The notes under the pieces were generated by a model that worked only from the letters and a program-made list of their open reading frames with translations, did no database searches and had not been told where the DNA came from. Of a DNA stretch of 64,000 bases, positions 1 through 13,134 are shown piece after piece. Positions within the stretch are counted from its first letter, which is position 1. Each line of letters starts with the position of its first letter. Location of the stretch: NCBI RefSeq assembly GCF_004010195.1, contig NC_057738.1:14268076-14332075 (forward strand). Direction: 5' to 3'. The DNA is from Chiloscyllium plagiosum (taxonomy: Eukaryota). Both the position numbers and the translations under genes were made by a program.

Positions 1-76
1 TGCCTGACCTGCTGCGCTTTTCCAGCAACACATTTTCAGCTCTGATCTCCAGCATCTGCAGTCCTCACTTTCTCCT
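1..76 (+). mobile_element. 3' terminus of Penelope-like element, family A (cut by window edge)
   Basis: Sequence ...ttttccagcaacacattttcagctctgatctccagcatctgcagtcctcactttctcc. It matches the terminus of the GIY-YIG-encoding copy at 50800-50888 and is the reverse complement of 24257-24316. Confidence 0.8.
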
Positions 77-1171
77 AGAAGAATTTTCCATTGATGCCAA
101 TATGCTACTCTCTACACCATGGGCTTTTATACCGTACGATAATGTATGATGTGGTAAGCAAGCTTTGCTGTGCTTTGCTGCACTGTTCTCCCTTTAACTC
201 ACTTTTAATCTGCACAAGCTTTCCTTGATCCTGCAAAAGTAATTCTCTCTCATCATTTACACAAGCACTAGCAGCACCAAAGGCCCTGAGCTCCACCTCC
301 ACATGGTGTGCTTCAGCTCCACCTCTGACAAGGAAGCCACCGAACGCTCAGAGAGTGTTCGCGCAAGGCTGTCACTTAAACCCTCCATCAGCTCAGCGCC
401 CTTTGTCTCAGTAGGTTCTCCATCTAGATTAGTCTCAGGAGCACAATCTGGTGAGCACATCACTGATGTATCTCCACAGATTGCCAAGGAAGAGATGCTA
501 TAGAGCCCTTAATACTCAGGGCTGACATAGACCAGGCACCTGCATAGCCCCAGGCAGAAAATGATCCCATTGTCCTGGCCATTAGTGATTTCGCCAAAAT
601 GCACAGTGAGACACAGGAGCTGCAGGCTGTTGGTAAACTGGATCAAACGTTGGAGGTCTCTACCATTGTTATTCATACAATAGGGTTCAGCATGCGACAG
701 GTTGTCTCCATGGAGTGAGGCCTGCCCATCTACCCTTCCCTCCCAGTGGGCCCCCCCACCCCTACCCACTCCCCTCTCCTCCATATCACCCACCCGTCTG
801 TGATGTTTAATTCTGCACACTCCAGCCCAGGAGCCAGTAAGCCTGCATCTGCGGAAGATATTCTCAATAAACCTGGATCCTTTAGGCCTGAACACTCTGA
901 GGAAAGACTTCCCAAGACTTCCAACAGCAACCACTGAGCGGTTACCTCCACCCCGTCCCCAGCTGTGAAATTTATGTCGGCACTTAGACATAGTGGGAGG
1001 GAATGGAAGAAAAATAGTACAAAACACATATCAGTGGCATAGGGAACACACAATCATAAATTATCTTATACTTTATTTATATATATATTCATTTGCTGTT
1101 TTCAAATGTCTGCTCTTTGTCACTATCAGACTTGGTCAAGTCACATGTGACATGCATAGCTTCTTCAGACA

Positions 1172-1455
1172 GGGCGGCACGGTGGCACAGTGGTTAGCAC
1201 TGCTGCTTCACAGCGCCAGGGCTGATTGTGTGGAGATTGCATATTCTCCCCGTGTCTGCGTGGGTTTCCTCCGGGTGCTCCAGTTTCCTCCCACAGTCCA
1301 AAGATGTGCAAGTCAGGTGAATTGGTCATGCTAACTTGCCCATAGTGTTAGGTGCATTAATCTGGGGTAAATATAGGGGAGTGGGTTACTGTTTGGAGGT
1401 CAGTGTGGACTTGTTGGGCCAAATGGTCTGTTTTCATACTGAAAGTAATCTAATC
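1172..1455 (+). mobile_element. HE1-type tRNA-derived SINE (B-box region deleted)
   Basis: Head gggcggcacggtggcacagtggttagcactgctgc with Pol III A box, typical body, and LINE-like tail ttgggccaaatggtctgtttt...taatctaatc. Confidence 0.85.
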
Positions 1456-1596
1456 AGGCCAGGAATGAAAGAAGTTCTAACGGCCAAGTATAGCTCACCT
1501 CTAACAAACAACTAACTCCTTGACTGCAGTTAATCTTAAATATTGCAGACCCTTGACCAGTGTCAAGGCTTTGCACTCTCATGGGGACAACTTTCA

Positions 1597-1806
1597 ATTA
1601 GATTAGATTACTTACAGTGTGGAAACAGGCCCTTCGGCCCAACAAGTCCACACCGACCCGCCGAAGTGCAACCCACCCAGACCCATTCCCCTACATTTAC
1701 CCCTTTACCTAAACTCCACACAGTCAGTCGCCTGAGTCGGGAATTGAACCCGGGGTCTCTGGTGCTGTGAAGCAGCAGTGCTAACCACTGTGCCACCGTG
1801 CCGCCC
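1597..1806 (-). mobile_element. HE1-type SINE, internally deleted
   Basis: Reverse strand has A box tggcacagtgg, B box ggttcaattcc, and tail gggccgaagggcctgtttccacactgtaagtaatctaatct. Confidence 0.85.
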
Positions 1807-2159
1807 ACCAACATTGAGGATAAATACAGTATGAAGGGATTGTACTAAGGCCAGGCCTGCACACGTTATTCCACACTTTATGAATGGGAGTACAACACCA
1901 CAGATCTCAGGAGGGAAAGGTTCATTCTATCATTCAGCTTTTCAAGGAGCTGTGCTGCAACTCAAAGCTGGGTAATTCATCCATCGTTCACTTATAGACT
2001 TGCCTCCTTCACATATTAGTCTGCCAAGAACAATGACACAACGTGCTCTGTTGTCTTGGTTGTCACTCCCACTCCATTTTCTGATCCTGATCCTCATCTT
2101 CATTCTCAGAAGATTGCTATTGATTCCCCATTTCATCCACATCTAGCACTTTGTCACCT

Positions 2160-2590
2160 TTGTTGCTCCACTTGTGGAGGACACTGCATGTCATAGTGAC
2201 GCAGGACTCCTTTTCTCGGTTATATTGCAAGGTCCCACCAAAGCAAACAGGCATCACACACCTATCTTAAGGCAAGCTATGCTCTGTTCCTCCATGGCCC
2301 TGCTGGAAGAGTAGGACTATCTTTGTTTCGATCAGTCTGAGGGTCTTGTAATGGTGTCAGTAGGAGTAATGTTTGGAGGGACAGCCTTTGTCCTTGAGTA
2401 GCAATCCCTGTATGGCCCATGGATTTTGAAGTGGGTAGGAACATATGGGTTTCCTGGTATGTGAGCCTTGTGGCAAATCGAATGACCTCTAGCTCACATC
2501 TGACTGATGGTCGCATATAATTTGAACGTTGATGGAGCAGAAGATTTTTCTGGTGATGAACTGTTATTTGGTTATAGGATACTTTCAAAG
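2160..2590 (-). mobile_element. Decayed PIF/Harbinger transposase fragment (DDE_Tnp_4/HARBI1-like)
   Basis: Minus-strand frames give GLLLKDKGCP (cf. WLLGDKGYP), LLTPLQDPQT (cf. LMTPxRxPQT) and GGTLQY...CSVLHK (cf. GGxLQY...CCxLHN), with frameshifts. Confidence 0.65.
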
Positions 2591-2600
2591 CAAACTTAGA

Positions 2601-3008
2601 TGTATGTTAATAGCCTCTCTGTACCCGAGGGAAGCCAGAAACAGTGGAGAACTCTGCATTGCCATCTCTCTTGGTCATGGAGTAAGGATATAAAGAGCTC
2701 TGAGGGCACTGGCCACTCGGGCGCTTTTTCTTTGTGGTGGTGGAATATGAATAAAGTTTTCTGCACTCGTTGTTTCTTCACTGTGTCCTACACCTACACG
2801 CACACGACATGGGTGCTGGGGAGAAATAAGCACTGCCACCGTTTGGTGGTGGTGTGGGGAAGGAAAAAGGGACAAAGTGTAACCAGGAACTTAGAATCGT
2901 GTCAGTTAAGAATTGACTCTGAGCTGGCTGGCTACAGCCAGTGTACTGTGCATTAATAAATGAAGGGTGACTTTGTGATGAGACCAGGCCTCTGTGCAGT
3001 TATTGCAG
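2601..3008 (+). mobile_element. Possible solo LTR with an unrelated ~180 bp insert
   Basis: Starts TG and ends ...gttattgCA. TATAAA near 2689; AATAAA near 2750 and 2955. No TSD confirmed. Confidence 0.3.
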
Positions 3009-3489
3009 GGAAAGAATTTATATATATATATAAACAGCTGTGCTAGCGAGATAATAGTATCTTTAACATCCTGGATGCATCTGTGGGTCATGGATTGGAA
3101 GATGCCTCATAACTCCCCCAGTTTCTCCTCAAAACAAGCCAGTTGCATAAACATTCAGGGCAACAGTTGGATCTTGACAGCCATTGAGATGGAATTGCAC
3201 CCTGGTCCTTCTGAGTGCAAGATCGACTCCAACAGTTCAGCGACGATGGCCTCGGACATCCTTAATCTGGATTTACGCTGTCTGCCCAAGAGTTGTAATT
3301 AAACTATAATTGCTACCCACGATGACATTATCTTTGAGTTTGAACCAACACCACAATGACTGAAGCCCTGGTAATGCTCATGTCAGATTGTGAGCAGTTA
3401 ATCTGTGAGGAATGTTTGAAAGGGAATATCTGAAACAATGGGGCAAATAGCCTTCACAAATCGCCTTCATGTCTCAATGGTCTGTCATA

Positions 3490-4150
3490 GCAGCTGGAGT
3501 ATAATGGCAATAAATGTGAGGGTTATCTACTTTGGAAGTAAAAATGGGAAGGCAGATTATTATCTGAATGGCAATAGTTTGGGAAGAGGGAGATTCAATG
3601 AGACTTGGATGTCCTGGAATATTGTGTGCAGGTTTGGTCACTTTATCCAAGGAAGCATATTGTCGCTATGGAGGGATTGTAACAAAGGTTTACCAAACTG
3701 ATTCCTGGGATGGCTGGACTAACATATGAAGAGATATTAGATCATTTATGACTACATTCACTGGAGTTTAGAAGCCTGAGAGGGAACTCAAAGAAACCTG
3801 GAAAATTCTAAAAGAACAAGACAGGGGTAAATGCAAAAAGGTTCAAAAGGCCAGGGAATCCAGAACTAGGTCACGGCCTAACGATACAGGATACGCAATT
3901 TAGGACTGAGATCACAGAGAGAGAGTGATCCTGTGCAATTCTCAACCACAGAAAATGATTGAGGCCAAAACATTGAATGTTTTCAAGGAGCAATTACGTA
4001 TAGTACTTAGGTCTAAAGGATTTGGGGAGAAAGTGGGAAAAAGGTACAGCTTTGGATGACCAGTTATGACCACATTGAAAAGTGGAGCAGGCTCAAAGGG
4101 CCAAATCATCTACTCCTGCTCCTATTTTCTACGTTTCTTTGTTTCTATGA
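3490..4150 (+). mobile_element. CR1-group LINE, 3' part (decayed)
   Basis: RT C-terminal region (YFGSKNGKADYYLNG; gtttaccaaactgattcctgggatgg), followed by 3' UTR ...tactcctgctcctatttt and short-repeat tail. Confidence 0.8.
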
Positions 4151-4197
4151 CAAAGAGCTCTGAGGTGTGTAGCCTTATCGAAATGTATATTGCACAG

Positions 4198-4325
4198 GGT
4201 AAAAACAATGACTGCAGATGCTGGAAACCAGATTCTGGATTAGTGGTGCTGGAAGAGCACAGCAGTTCAGGCAGCATCCAAGGAGTTTCGAAATCGATGT
4301 TTCGGGCAAAAGCCCTTCATCAAGA
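4198..4325 (-). mobile_element. 128-bp PLE family A mini-insertion with 11-bp TSD
   Basis: TSD atattgcacag at 4187-4197 and 4326-4336. The insert is the PLE terminus plus a mutated hammerhead core (reverse strand ttgatgaagggcttttgcccgaaacatc). Confidence 0.85.
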
Positions 4326-5114
4326 ATATTGCACAGACAGAGTTCCCCATGCTAAACTGGGGAGTGGAATTCTGGCAGTAAGCCACTGTGATAATGCTCA
4401 CCATGACTAAAAGGCAACCTTCTACATCATAGACCATGTTGTTGCATACTTACAATTCAGTGTGTGAATGTGGCCGCTCTGCAGCACTGTCTTCCTCTTC
4501 CGTTGATAACTGTGGAATGTATTTCAGAAATGGCAAACCTAAGTTGCACTTTTTAAGTTGGTGTGTGATTATACTTAATTAGCTGATGTAACAAGGAGGC
4601 AATTGGTGTGAACAATATAGTGGGTCCTGTTTGCTTGAGGCCTGAAATTGTCATGTGTTCTTTGGAGAATGAATGACCTGCCAATGAAGTGCAAGTTAAA
4701 GCCCGGCACGTGGCTATGCTGAAACAATGGATCCATGATGAATGTAACTGCCCTAGCAGAGCTTCACAAGCAATTTTAATCTTCCCCCAAAAAGAGAAAC
4801 AGTAATTCTATAAGCTCTGGCAGCCATTTTGTATCATTGAGCGCAGTTCACATTTGATCAAGGGTGGCAATGTTTCAATTTATTCTTGCAGGTGCCGCCT
4901 GAGCTATAGGATTGCTTTCCTTATGGCCCACCGTAACCATCGATGTGACCCATGACAATTCTCTTTCTTGGCTCCTCTTGTCCTCTCCTATTCTCTATGT
5001 GACCCCATCATTCTATCCAGAATTGCCTATTTCACTGTAATCAGTGCTGGCTTTCCTCAAGTCTTCATGGCTATAACCCTAAATAGATCATTATTTGGCA
5101 AACCCTGAGGTCTC

Positions 5115-5653
5115 CCTGGTATTGGAAAGATGTTGTTAAACTTGAAAGTGTGCAGAAAAGATTTACAAGGATTTGCTGGGATTGAAGGGTTTGAGCTATA
5201 GGGACAGTGTTGAGCTATAGGGAGAGGCTGAATAGGCTGGGGCTATTTTCCCTGGAGCATCAGAAGCTGAGCGGTGACCTTATAGAGGTTTATACAATCA
5301 TGAGGGGCATGGATAGGAGGAATAGTCAAAGTCTTTTCCCAGGGTGGGAGAGTCCAAAAGTAGAGGGTATAAGTTTAAGATGAGAGGAGAGAGATTTAAA
5401 AGGAACCTAAGGGCACCTTTTTACATGCAGATGCTGGGTACATGAATGGAATGAACTGCCAGAAGAAGTGATGGAGGCTGGTACAATTACAACAGTTAAA
5501 AGCCATCTGGATGGGTATATGAATAGTTTAGTTCAGAGGAATGTGGGCCAAATGCTGGCAAATGGGACTAGATTAATTTAGGAGATCTGGTCGACATAGG
5601 CAAGTTGAACCCAAGGTTCTGTTTCCATGCTGTATAACTCTATGACTCTATGA
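5115..5653 (+). mobile_element. HER1/CR1 LINE 3' end
   Basis: gtgcagaaaagatttacaagg...gaggctgaataggctggggct, typical 3' UTR, and (actctatg)n tail. Similar to 45865-46790 and 52580-53545. Confidence 0.85.
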
Positions 5654-7249
5654 TTGACCATAGCACACTCACCTGGATTGACATGACAGGAGAGCCCTGA
5701 CTGAGCATGGTCCAACTCTAGACTCATATCTCGACAGCTCCCTCTTTGAATATCTGTAATCTCTTCTCTGGCTTCACTTGACCTGCAGGGTTGACTGTGC
5801 CACAATCCTTAGACAGTAAAGACACAGAACTCTGGACTATGGTCAGACCGAGTACCTAACTGGCCATGGTCAATCCCCCTGGAGGGTAATGGAATGAGAC
5901 CCTTCACTGATGGTGGCAGCAGCCTCTGAGTGTCTGGATTCTCCCTTAGCCCCACGAAGGACTGCTCCCATTTGACTTTGAGATATGGCCATTTGATAGA
6001 CATGAAATGTGTTTGTCACGTAAGCTGCAGGCACATGCCATTGGTGTAGCACAGTGCCTTATGGTGACATGTCTACTTTCATGACCACTCAGTACTACCA
6101 ACCATGACAAGTTGCCTGACTTTCCCTCTGCTCTAAAAAGCAATGCAAGCCACAAGGGTTAACAGTCTTCAAGTAAGCAGAAAGTAAGTGAGCACTAAGT
6201 CTGTTAAGAGACATAAGACGTATCCTGCTTAGATACATGTGCAAGAAAATCAAGCTGGCAGAAACATGCAGGCCACAGTCATCCTGGAACACCAGAGTCA
6301 GGTCCAAAGGGGCTGAAGTTATGGGAGGGTTGGACCAGGAGCAGACACTTAGAGGAAATCTCTCACTATCTATACCCCTCAGAACTTCAATCAGCAACAT
6401 CCACACATCCCTACCACTCCAACCCCCCACACATGCCCCTCAGCCTTTTCTGCTCAAAGGAAAATAACCCAGTCTCTCATCATGGCTGAAGTGTTTTGAA
6501 GAGTGAAAACAACACAGTAAAGAGATACTGTCAATAGAAACAAGTCGGTGGATTAATACAGACAGCTTGGAAGAAAAATTGCACTTATTAACAAATGGTC
6601 TAATAAGATTGATTCATAACCTAATGCAAAACGAAGCCACACATTCCACATCCTCAATCTTGCAGCATGTCTTAGATTTTGAACACTTACAGAATCCCAC
6701 AGGATGTGATGGTAAGAGCATAGGTAGATAGTTCACTGATCAATTATTGATTGAAGTCTTGCTCCTGCCTCTGCGCACAACACTACAAGCATTCAGCGCA
6801 AACTCAATTGCATTCCTTTAATGGCCTTCCTTTATATTCTACCTAATTCTGTTGAATATTAGGATGTTCTATCAGGCCTGATGTAATCAGACCAGTGTGT
6901 GAGTTGGGATGTGGATCCTAATAACAAGCTGTCAGGGTGTGCTTTGATAGCTGGGCTTGACAATAATGCATGCCATACAGCCTTAATTGCCTGAAACTGC
7001 ACACTGGAATGAAATATGAGAACAACACATCGATAACAGGGTGCTCGCCTCAGGTTAAGACACAGTTTATGTGCTGTTTTAATCTTTTTGTCCGAGTACG
7101 CAATGATGCAAAATGAATGAGAAATGAGAAAAAAAATATAGCTTTCCTACTTTGCTCACTACTGGTTTGCAAACTCAGTTTTGCTGCAGGTCTGACCTGG
7201 ATCTTACTGGTCGCTTAATTGTAACATTACTTCAATGTATGAGATGGAT

Positions 7250-7545
7250 GTTTTTAATTGATCAAGGGATGTGAGTGTCACTGGTTGGGTCAGCATTTAT
7301 TGCCCATCCCTACATGTCCTTGCGAAGGTGGTGGTGAGCTGTTTTCTTGTCCGATTGCAGTCCATTTGGTGCACGCAGACTCACACTGCTTTACAAAGAG
7401 ATGGAGTTCCAGGATTTTGACCCAGCAACGCTGATGGAACAGCAATACATTTCCAAGTCAGGATAGTGTGGGACTTAGAGGAGAACTTGCAAGTGGCGAT
7501 GATTCTATGCAGTTGCTGTCCTTGTCCTTCTAGATTAGGAGGTAG
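7250..7545 (-). mobile_element. Old LINE (CR1/L2 group) 3' end
   Basis: cagcatttattgcccatccct...gttccaggattttgacccagc. Homologous to 13135-13470, 13520-13850, 28480-28920 and 45070-45320. Confidence 0.65.
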
Positions 7546-10214
7546 GGAATCTGAGAACCGTGGGCTGCATCCAGCCTGTTCCAAGATTTAACAAAGCTGA
7601 CTCATGATAAGATCCTGGAGTAAATGATTGCTACAGAGGTGCATTTAAGCTCAAAGTGGGGAAACAGCAGCATTACCCAATATGGTGGGGGAAATGTGTG
7701 TGGACAATGCGGGAGCCACAGGAAAAGAAATAATGCAAATACATTGGGCAAGAACAACCTGAAAACTCGGGACCCACCATGGAAGAAGCAGCAGCAGTGG
7801 CTTTCAGAAGACAGCAGTCTGAGGGTACAGGAAGCACCAGCAGAGATACACCAGCAGTGGCCTCAGTGAGAAGAAGGCTTACCACAGAATGACCATAAAC
7901 TGGCTACTGCAGCCATTAAAAATAAAGGAAAGTGGATGTAGATTGTGATGTTTTACTTTATTCTGTGGAAGTGAATGCAAGTTTGTGAAAGGAGTGAATC
8001 GTTACCACCAGAGCTTTCCTGGCTCTGGGGGAATCTTAAATCATTTCAGAGTGTGCGACTGCCTCTTTGGACCATGTTAGATCAGATTAATGGTGTGGCT
8101 TAGTACACCGAAAAGTCTCTGGAAGATTCTGCAGCTGATTTCATGTTCTACTCTCTGGCTATTGACCAGATAACAGATATATTTAGTAGGCCAACTGACG
8201 GTTTTCATGTGTGGAATAACAGCAGGTTTTGAGGCTTAGAGTGGACTTGCTTTTTTTAGCATCCATCAAAGGTGAAAATATTTTTGGGAGGGTTACTATG
8301 GCAGTTCACGGGCTTCAGTTATCATTTGGAAAATGAAGTGGTCTTACTACTGTTGGTGCTTCAGCCACGGTTGGATCCCAGCAGGGATTAGTTGCCCTAG
8401 TCAAGACAGCAATAGATCGCTTTGAATTTGATCTGATCAGGTTGCTTGTGTGCCAATTCTTCATTCAAGAGTCCCGACCGATGAGCACTGTAAAGTAGTA
8501 TTGAGTATTAACTTCATTATTGAAGTCACCAATCTACCTGAGAACCTTTAACTCAATGACATAGAACTGTACAGCAATAGTGACCTGAAAGTCAGATACA
8601 ATACTCTGCATCTGCTGGGATCCGAGACATTCCATGCAGTTCCTACCGACTTTCCAAATTCAAGGAGGCACAATCTAAGAATGGCATCGTTATTCAGAAT
8701 GACATATTGCTGTGAGCACAATTCTTGACAAAACTTTCCCTGACAAATAATTATTTGCATTCCAGTGTAATAGACATTAACAACAACAGTTAGAAGTAGC
8801 AACATCTTTATTGTCAGCATTTGTAAGAAGGCTTCATGAGGAAAAGCAATGTCAGCCATCGCAGCAGCTGAGTCAAAAGTTTCAGTTTTCTCTGTGTGTG
8901 GCCCTAGCTTGGTTTTGTCGATGGATCTCAATAGGAGAAGGGTTCCCTACTCCTGTTCTCGGTTGCCAAGGCTGTGGCTTTGGAAGGTGCTGTCAATGGA
9001 GCCAGTGAGTTCCCAGTGAGTCATTGATTTAAACAAACATCTCCAAATTGTCATTTCCAAATTACTATATTGTCACAGTTTGCATTTTCATTTCAAGATA
9101 CTCCAGAAGAGTAAAAGTTATTCTGACCAAAGACAAGTAAATGTAGAGAAAAGTTGGATCGTAATATTTGAAAATATTACAGGTATCAGCTTTGGATTGA
9201 GGGTAGATGTTGGGAGAAATTCTTTGCTTAAGGCAGCCATTTACACTCCTTTCTGCAGATTCTTCTGCTGATAGGTGGGTTGGCGGGGTTGGGGGGGGGA
9301 GGGGAATGGATGAGTCACCCTCAATATACCAGATGTGCTAACGCTCCAAACCTGACTGGAAATAGGTGCAGCCCGGCTCATGGTGCTCAGAAGTGTCTTA
9401 CACTTAGGGATTAGCTTTCTGAAGATACCAGATAAAGTGATTAATCTCCAGCTTCTTCAATTGCAGAATGGACAAATATTTGAATTCTTATAATGTGCAT
9501 CCAATAGGACAAAAATATAAAATGACAACCACTTATTATTATACCTACTAGTGAAAGCATTGACAAATGAACCAAATCATGTCACATCTAATTATTGTTT
9601 ATATTCAATTATACAGAGGATAAAATCCTTGATGTTAATTAAACTATCATTTGTAAGAGTAGAATCTTTAAAATAATCTTTCCAGTTTTCTTTTTGGTAT
9701 ATGTGCATTTTTCTTTAAAAATATAATTAATATTACTTTCATTTTTGGTTAAGAACACAATTAACATATGAATCTTTCTTTTAGGCAGCTCATTTTTGTG
9801 GACAGCAATATAAACTATCCAATTTGTCATGTGCTTTCCTTAACGTCACAGCATTATCTCTGGCTCAATGAAAAGAAAAAGCCAGCAAAAAGGAGCAGAG
9901 AAAAATCAATCTAACTGTTAAATAATTAACCTTGTGCATAATCAGTTTGTCATTATGATCAGTAATGGTACTTCAATGTATCAATTTGTGATTGCAAGTT
10001 TTTGACTGCTACTAACATATTCTGTCATGACTTCTGTTCAATTTCACAATTTTGTTGCGATATCAATAAGAATCTTTGTCGTATAAATTTTCCACTGGCT
10101 ATACTGCTGGGAATACTACTGTTTTAAAAGAGTCAGCCATGGACCAGTAGAAAAGCGGGCAGAAAAATCAGTAGAAAGCAACAGAATGTTTTGTGTTCAA
10201 CAGACATCTAACAG

Positions 10215-11510
10215 ATTTGAGATCAGAGTCCAGGCCAATCTTCTAATGAAATGCTAAAACACAGTTGCACTATTCAAGGTATTACCTTTGAAATGAAATG
10301 TTAAACAGAAGGTTCTCTCAAGTAAGTATTAAAGATGCCTTGGAAGAAAAGTATAATACAATCATACAGTACATGAGAGGCATTTCGGCCTATCAAGTCT
10401 GTATTGTCAAAGATATACTATGTCCTACGCTCGTCTCACTTTCCCGCCATTAGGTCCATAGCCTTGAATGTTTTGACATTTTAAGTGTTCGTCCAAGTAC
10501 TTTTTAAAGGTTGTGAGGTTTCCCACTTCAACTAAATTCCCAGGAAGAGCATTCCAGATCCCCACATCACTCTGGATGAAAAGATTTTTCCTCAAATCCC
10601 TTCTAAATCTCCTATCTTTCACTTTTAAATTATAACTCCTCTTCAACTAAGGGTAACAGCTGCTTTCTATTTGCCCTGTCCATGCCCCTCAAACTTTGTA
10701 CACTTTGTTCCCCCCAACTCTCTCCAGTCCAAAGAAAATGACCCAAGCTTATCTAGACTTGCTTCATTACTGAAAAGCTCCACCTCAGTTAACATCCTGG
10801 TGAATTTACTTTGCCCACCCTCCAGTGAAATCACACCCTTCCTATCGTGTACTGAGCAGAACTGCAGACAATACTCCAGCTGTGACCTAACCAAAGTTCA
10901 GTATAGCTCCACATTACATCCCAGCTTGTATAATCTATGCCATGTTTGATAAAGGCAAACATTCCTTTTGCCTTCATAACTACTCTATTAATCAATCCTG
11001 CCAATTTCAGGGATCTTTGGACAAGCAACCCAAGAGCCCTCTGTTCCCCTGAGCTTCCTACAGTCTTGCCATTTATTGAGAACTCCCTTGGCTTGTTTCT
11101 TCTTCAAAACAGTATCACCTCATTCATTAAATATCATCTGCCGTTGATCTGTCCATCTGACCAATCCAGTTATGTCTTCCTGTAATCTAACACCTTCCTC
11201 CTCACTGTCAACCACGCATCTGATCTCATGTGATCTGCAAACTCACGTATCATCCCTCCCATATTCTCACCGACATCATTTATAAATATCAAAAGCAATA
11301 AGGGACCCAGCAAGTTAGTATGGTACTTTAATGCATATTGAACAATATTGAACTGTTAACTAGCATCACTAAAAACAAACAGGTCATTATCACTTTTTTG
11401 CTTCTAATTTGACCAAATATTTCAAATTGGTGACCATAATTTAAAAATAACTTCCTTGGTTGTAAAGTGCTTTGGGTTCTGCTGATGTCATGAATAAAGT
11501 AATCAGACTT
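10215..11510 (+). mobile_element. Deu-domain SINE (SacSINE1/AmnSINE1-like), split by a CR1 insertion
   Basis: 10230-10350 resembles the Deu core (ttgcactattcaaggtattacctttgaaatgaaatgttaaac). 11350-11510 resembles the 3' part (ggtcattatcac...ttggttgtaaagtgctttggg). Highly diverged. Confidence 0.45.
10355..11310 (-). mobile_element. CR1 LINE 3' ~950 bp
   Basis: Minus-strand ORF remnants MVRSQLEYCLQF..., RVVMKAKGMFAFI and RFRRDLRKNLF...VGIWNALP...FKKYLD. Confidence 0.9.
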
Positions 11511-11635
11511 CATCAACCTTGTATATTTTAAGCTCTTAAGCTATTTAACAATGTGTCAATAACAGTATGGTTTGGATTTTCAATAAGACAGATGAGTTTC
11601 ACATTTAAGTCAAACTGATAATGAAGCCAGGAATT

Positions 11636-11978
11636 TAGAGTCATAGAGTCCCTATGGTGTGGAAGCAGGCCATTCAGTCCATCGAGTCCACACTAACCAT
11701 CTGAAGAGCATCCCAGGCAGCCCTGCTCCCATACCATGCATTTCCCATACTAATCCATCTGGTCTGCACATCCAGGGACATTATGAGCAATTTAGTATGG
11801 CCAATCCACCTAAGCTGAACATCTTTGGACAGAGAGGAAACCGGACCACCTGGAGGAAACTCACGCAGACATGGGGAGAATGTGAAAACTCCACACAGAT
11901 GGTCACCAGAGCCTGGAACCAAAACCAGATCCCTGGCACTGTGAAGCAACAGTGCTGATCACTGAGCTACTGTGCCAC
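11636..11978 (-). mobile_element. HE1-type SINE
   Basis: Full head, body and tail on the reverse strand (gtggagttttcacattctcccc; gcctgcttccacacc...actctatgactct). Confidence 0.85.
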
Positions 11979-13134
11979 TCTGCAAGTCCCCACCTATCAC
12001 TAAACCCAGCATTCATCATTCTCACAGCAGTAGGCGCCGATAGGGATGAATGGGGAATGATCATATTTCTCATATCCAGATTCCATGTCATAACAGTACA
12101 TTTAAAGGTGCTGCAACTTACAGACAGAAGCAATCTTTATTACTGGGCTTGGCGAATCACAACTTGTGGGCTTTGGACATTAAGGAAAGATCCACTCTTT
12201 CTCTTTGGAGAAAGGTACAAGTGGGAGTGGTCAGATACTCTTTGGAGAGAGCATGTAGCCTTTGGGAATGGGCAATTCACCCTTTGGGATTGTTAAGAAT
12301 GGACATGAGCATGTGTAAAAAGGTGGTAAGCTCTGTGGAACTGTCAAGTCATCAAGTATTTCAAATCTTTATGTCCTTTAAATTGAAAAAAAAGTCCAGT
12401 CTGCAGTTGAAATAAATCAACATTTGCTATTTCACTATTTGTTGACATAATGATCAGTGCTGATAGACTACAGCCAAAACCTGTCTTTTATCAATGTGAG
12501 AGCCTGTATATTTGCAGTTTGATTGGCTGTTCTAATAGTTATAATAAAGTTAGCAGTCTCAAAGTGAGATGAAATATAAATGTTTGCTTTACAAGGGATT
12601 TAGTACTTGAAGGAAATGCTTGTGTTTGTACATGAAAGGATTTAACTGTATTAGTTAGGCTTTTATTAATGAAATGTTTCTTTAAAATATAGTTGTTTAT
12701 AAAAAATATTAATAACTATTTTATTTCATCTTACCTTGGTTCTTAATAATTGATTAGGGTGGATAGGCAGCATGGAGGATATATGGGTAAAAGCTTTTGT
12801 TTGGAATGTATAGTCTGACATGGGTTTGCAATAGGTTGGTATGGATGGGGCATCAGAAATGCATTGGGGGGGTAAGGGGCCATAAGGGTGAAGGTTTATG
12901 GGCTATTTTAAATTTTATTTTATACTTACAGTTGTGCCTATGTCCTCGACACTAAGGCAGACATATGAAACACTCCATCTCAAAGTCTACTCGCTGCTAT
13001 TGCTGTTTCCACCACGTTTCCGGGAGATAGTAGTCTGACTCTAGTCAGCACCAATGTATCCCAACTGGAACCAAAAGTTGACAGTTTGAAGATTTGTTTG
13101 AGCCAAAATAAAAGCCATTTCGCAAAAGCTTTTT

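Noticed and set aside
90-1000. 172-aa and neighbouring ORFs, possibly a Harbinger accessory gene relic
   Set aside because: No motif I can identify with confidence.
5189-5222. Short internal duplication gttgagctataggg in a HER1 copy
   Set aside because: An ordinary slippage duplication within a dead LINE.
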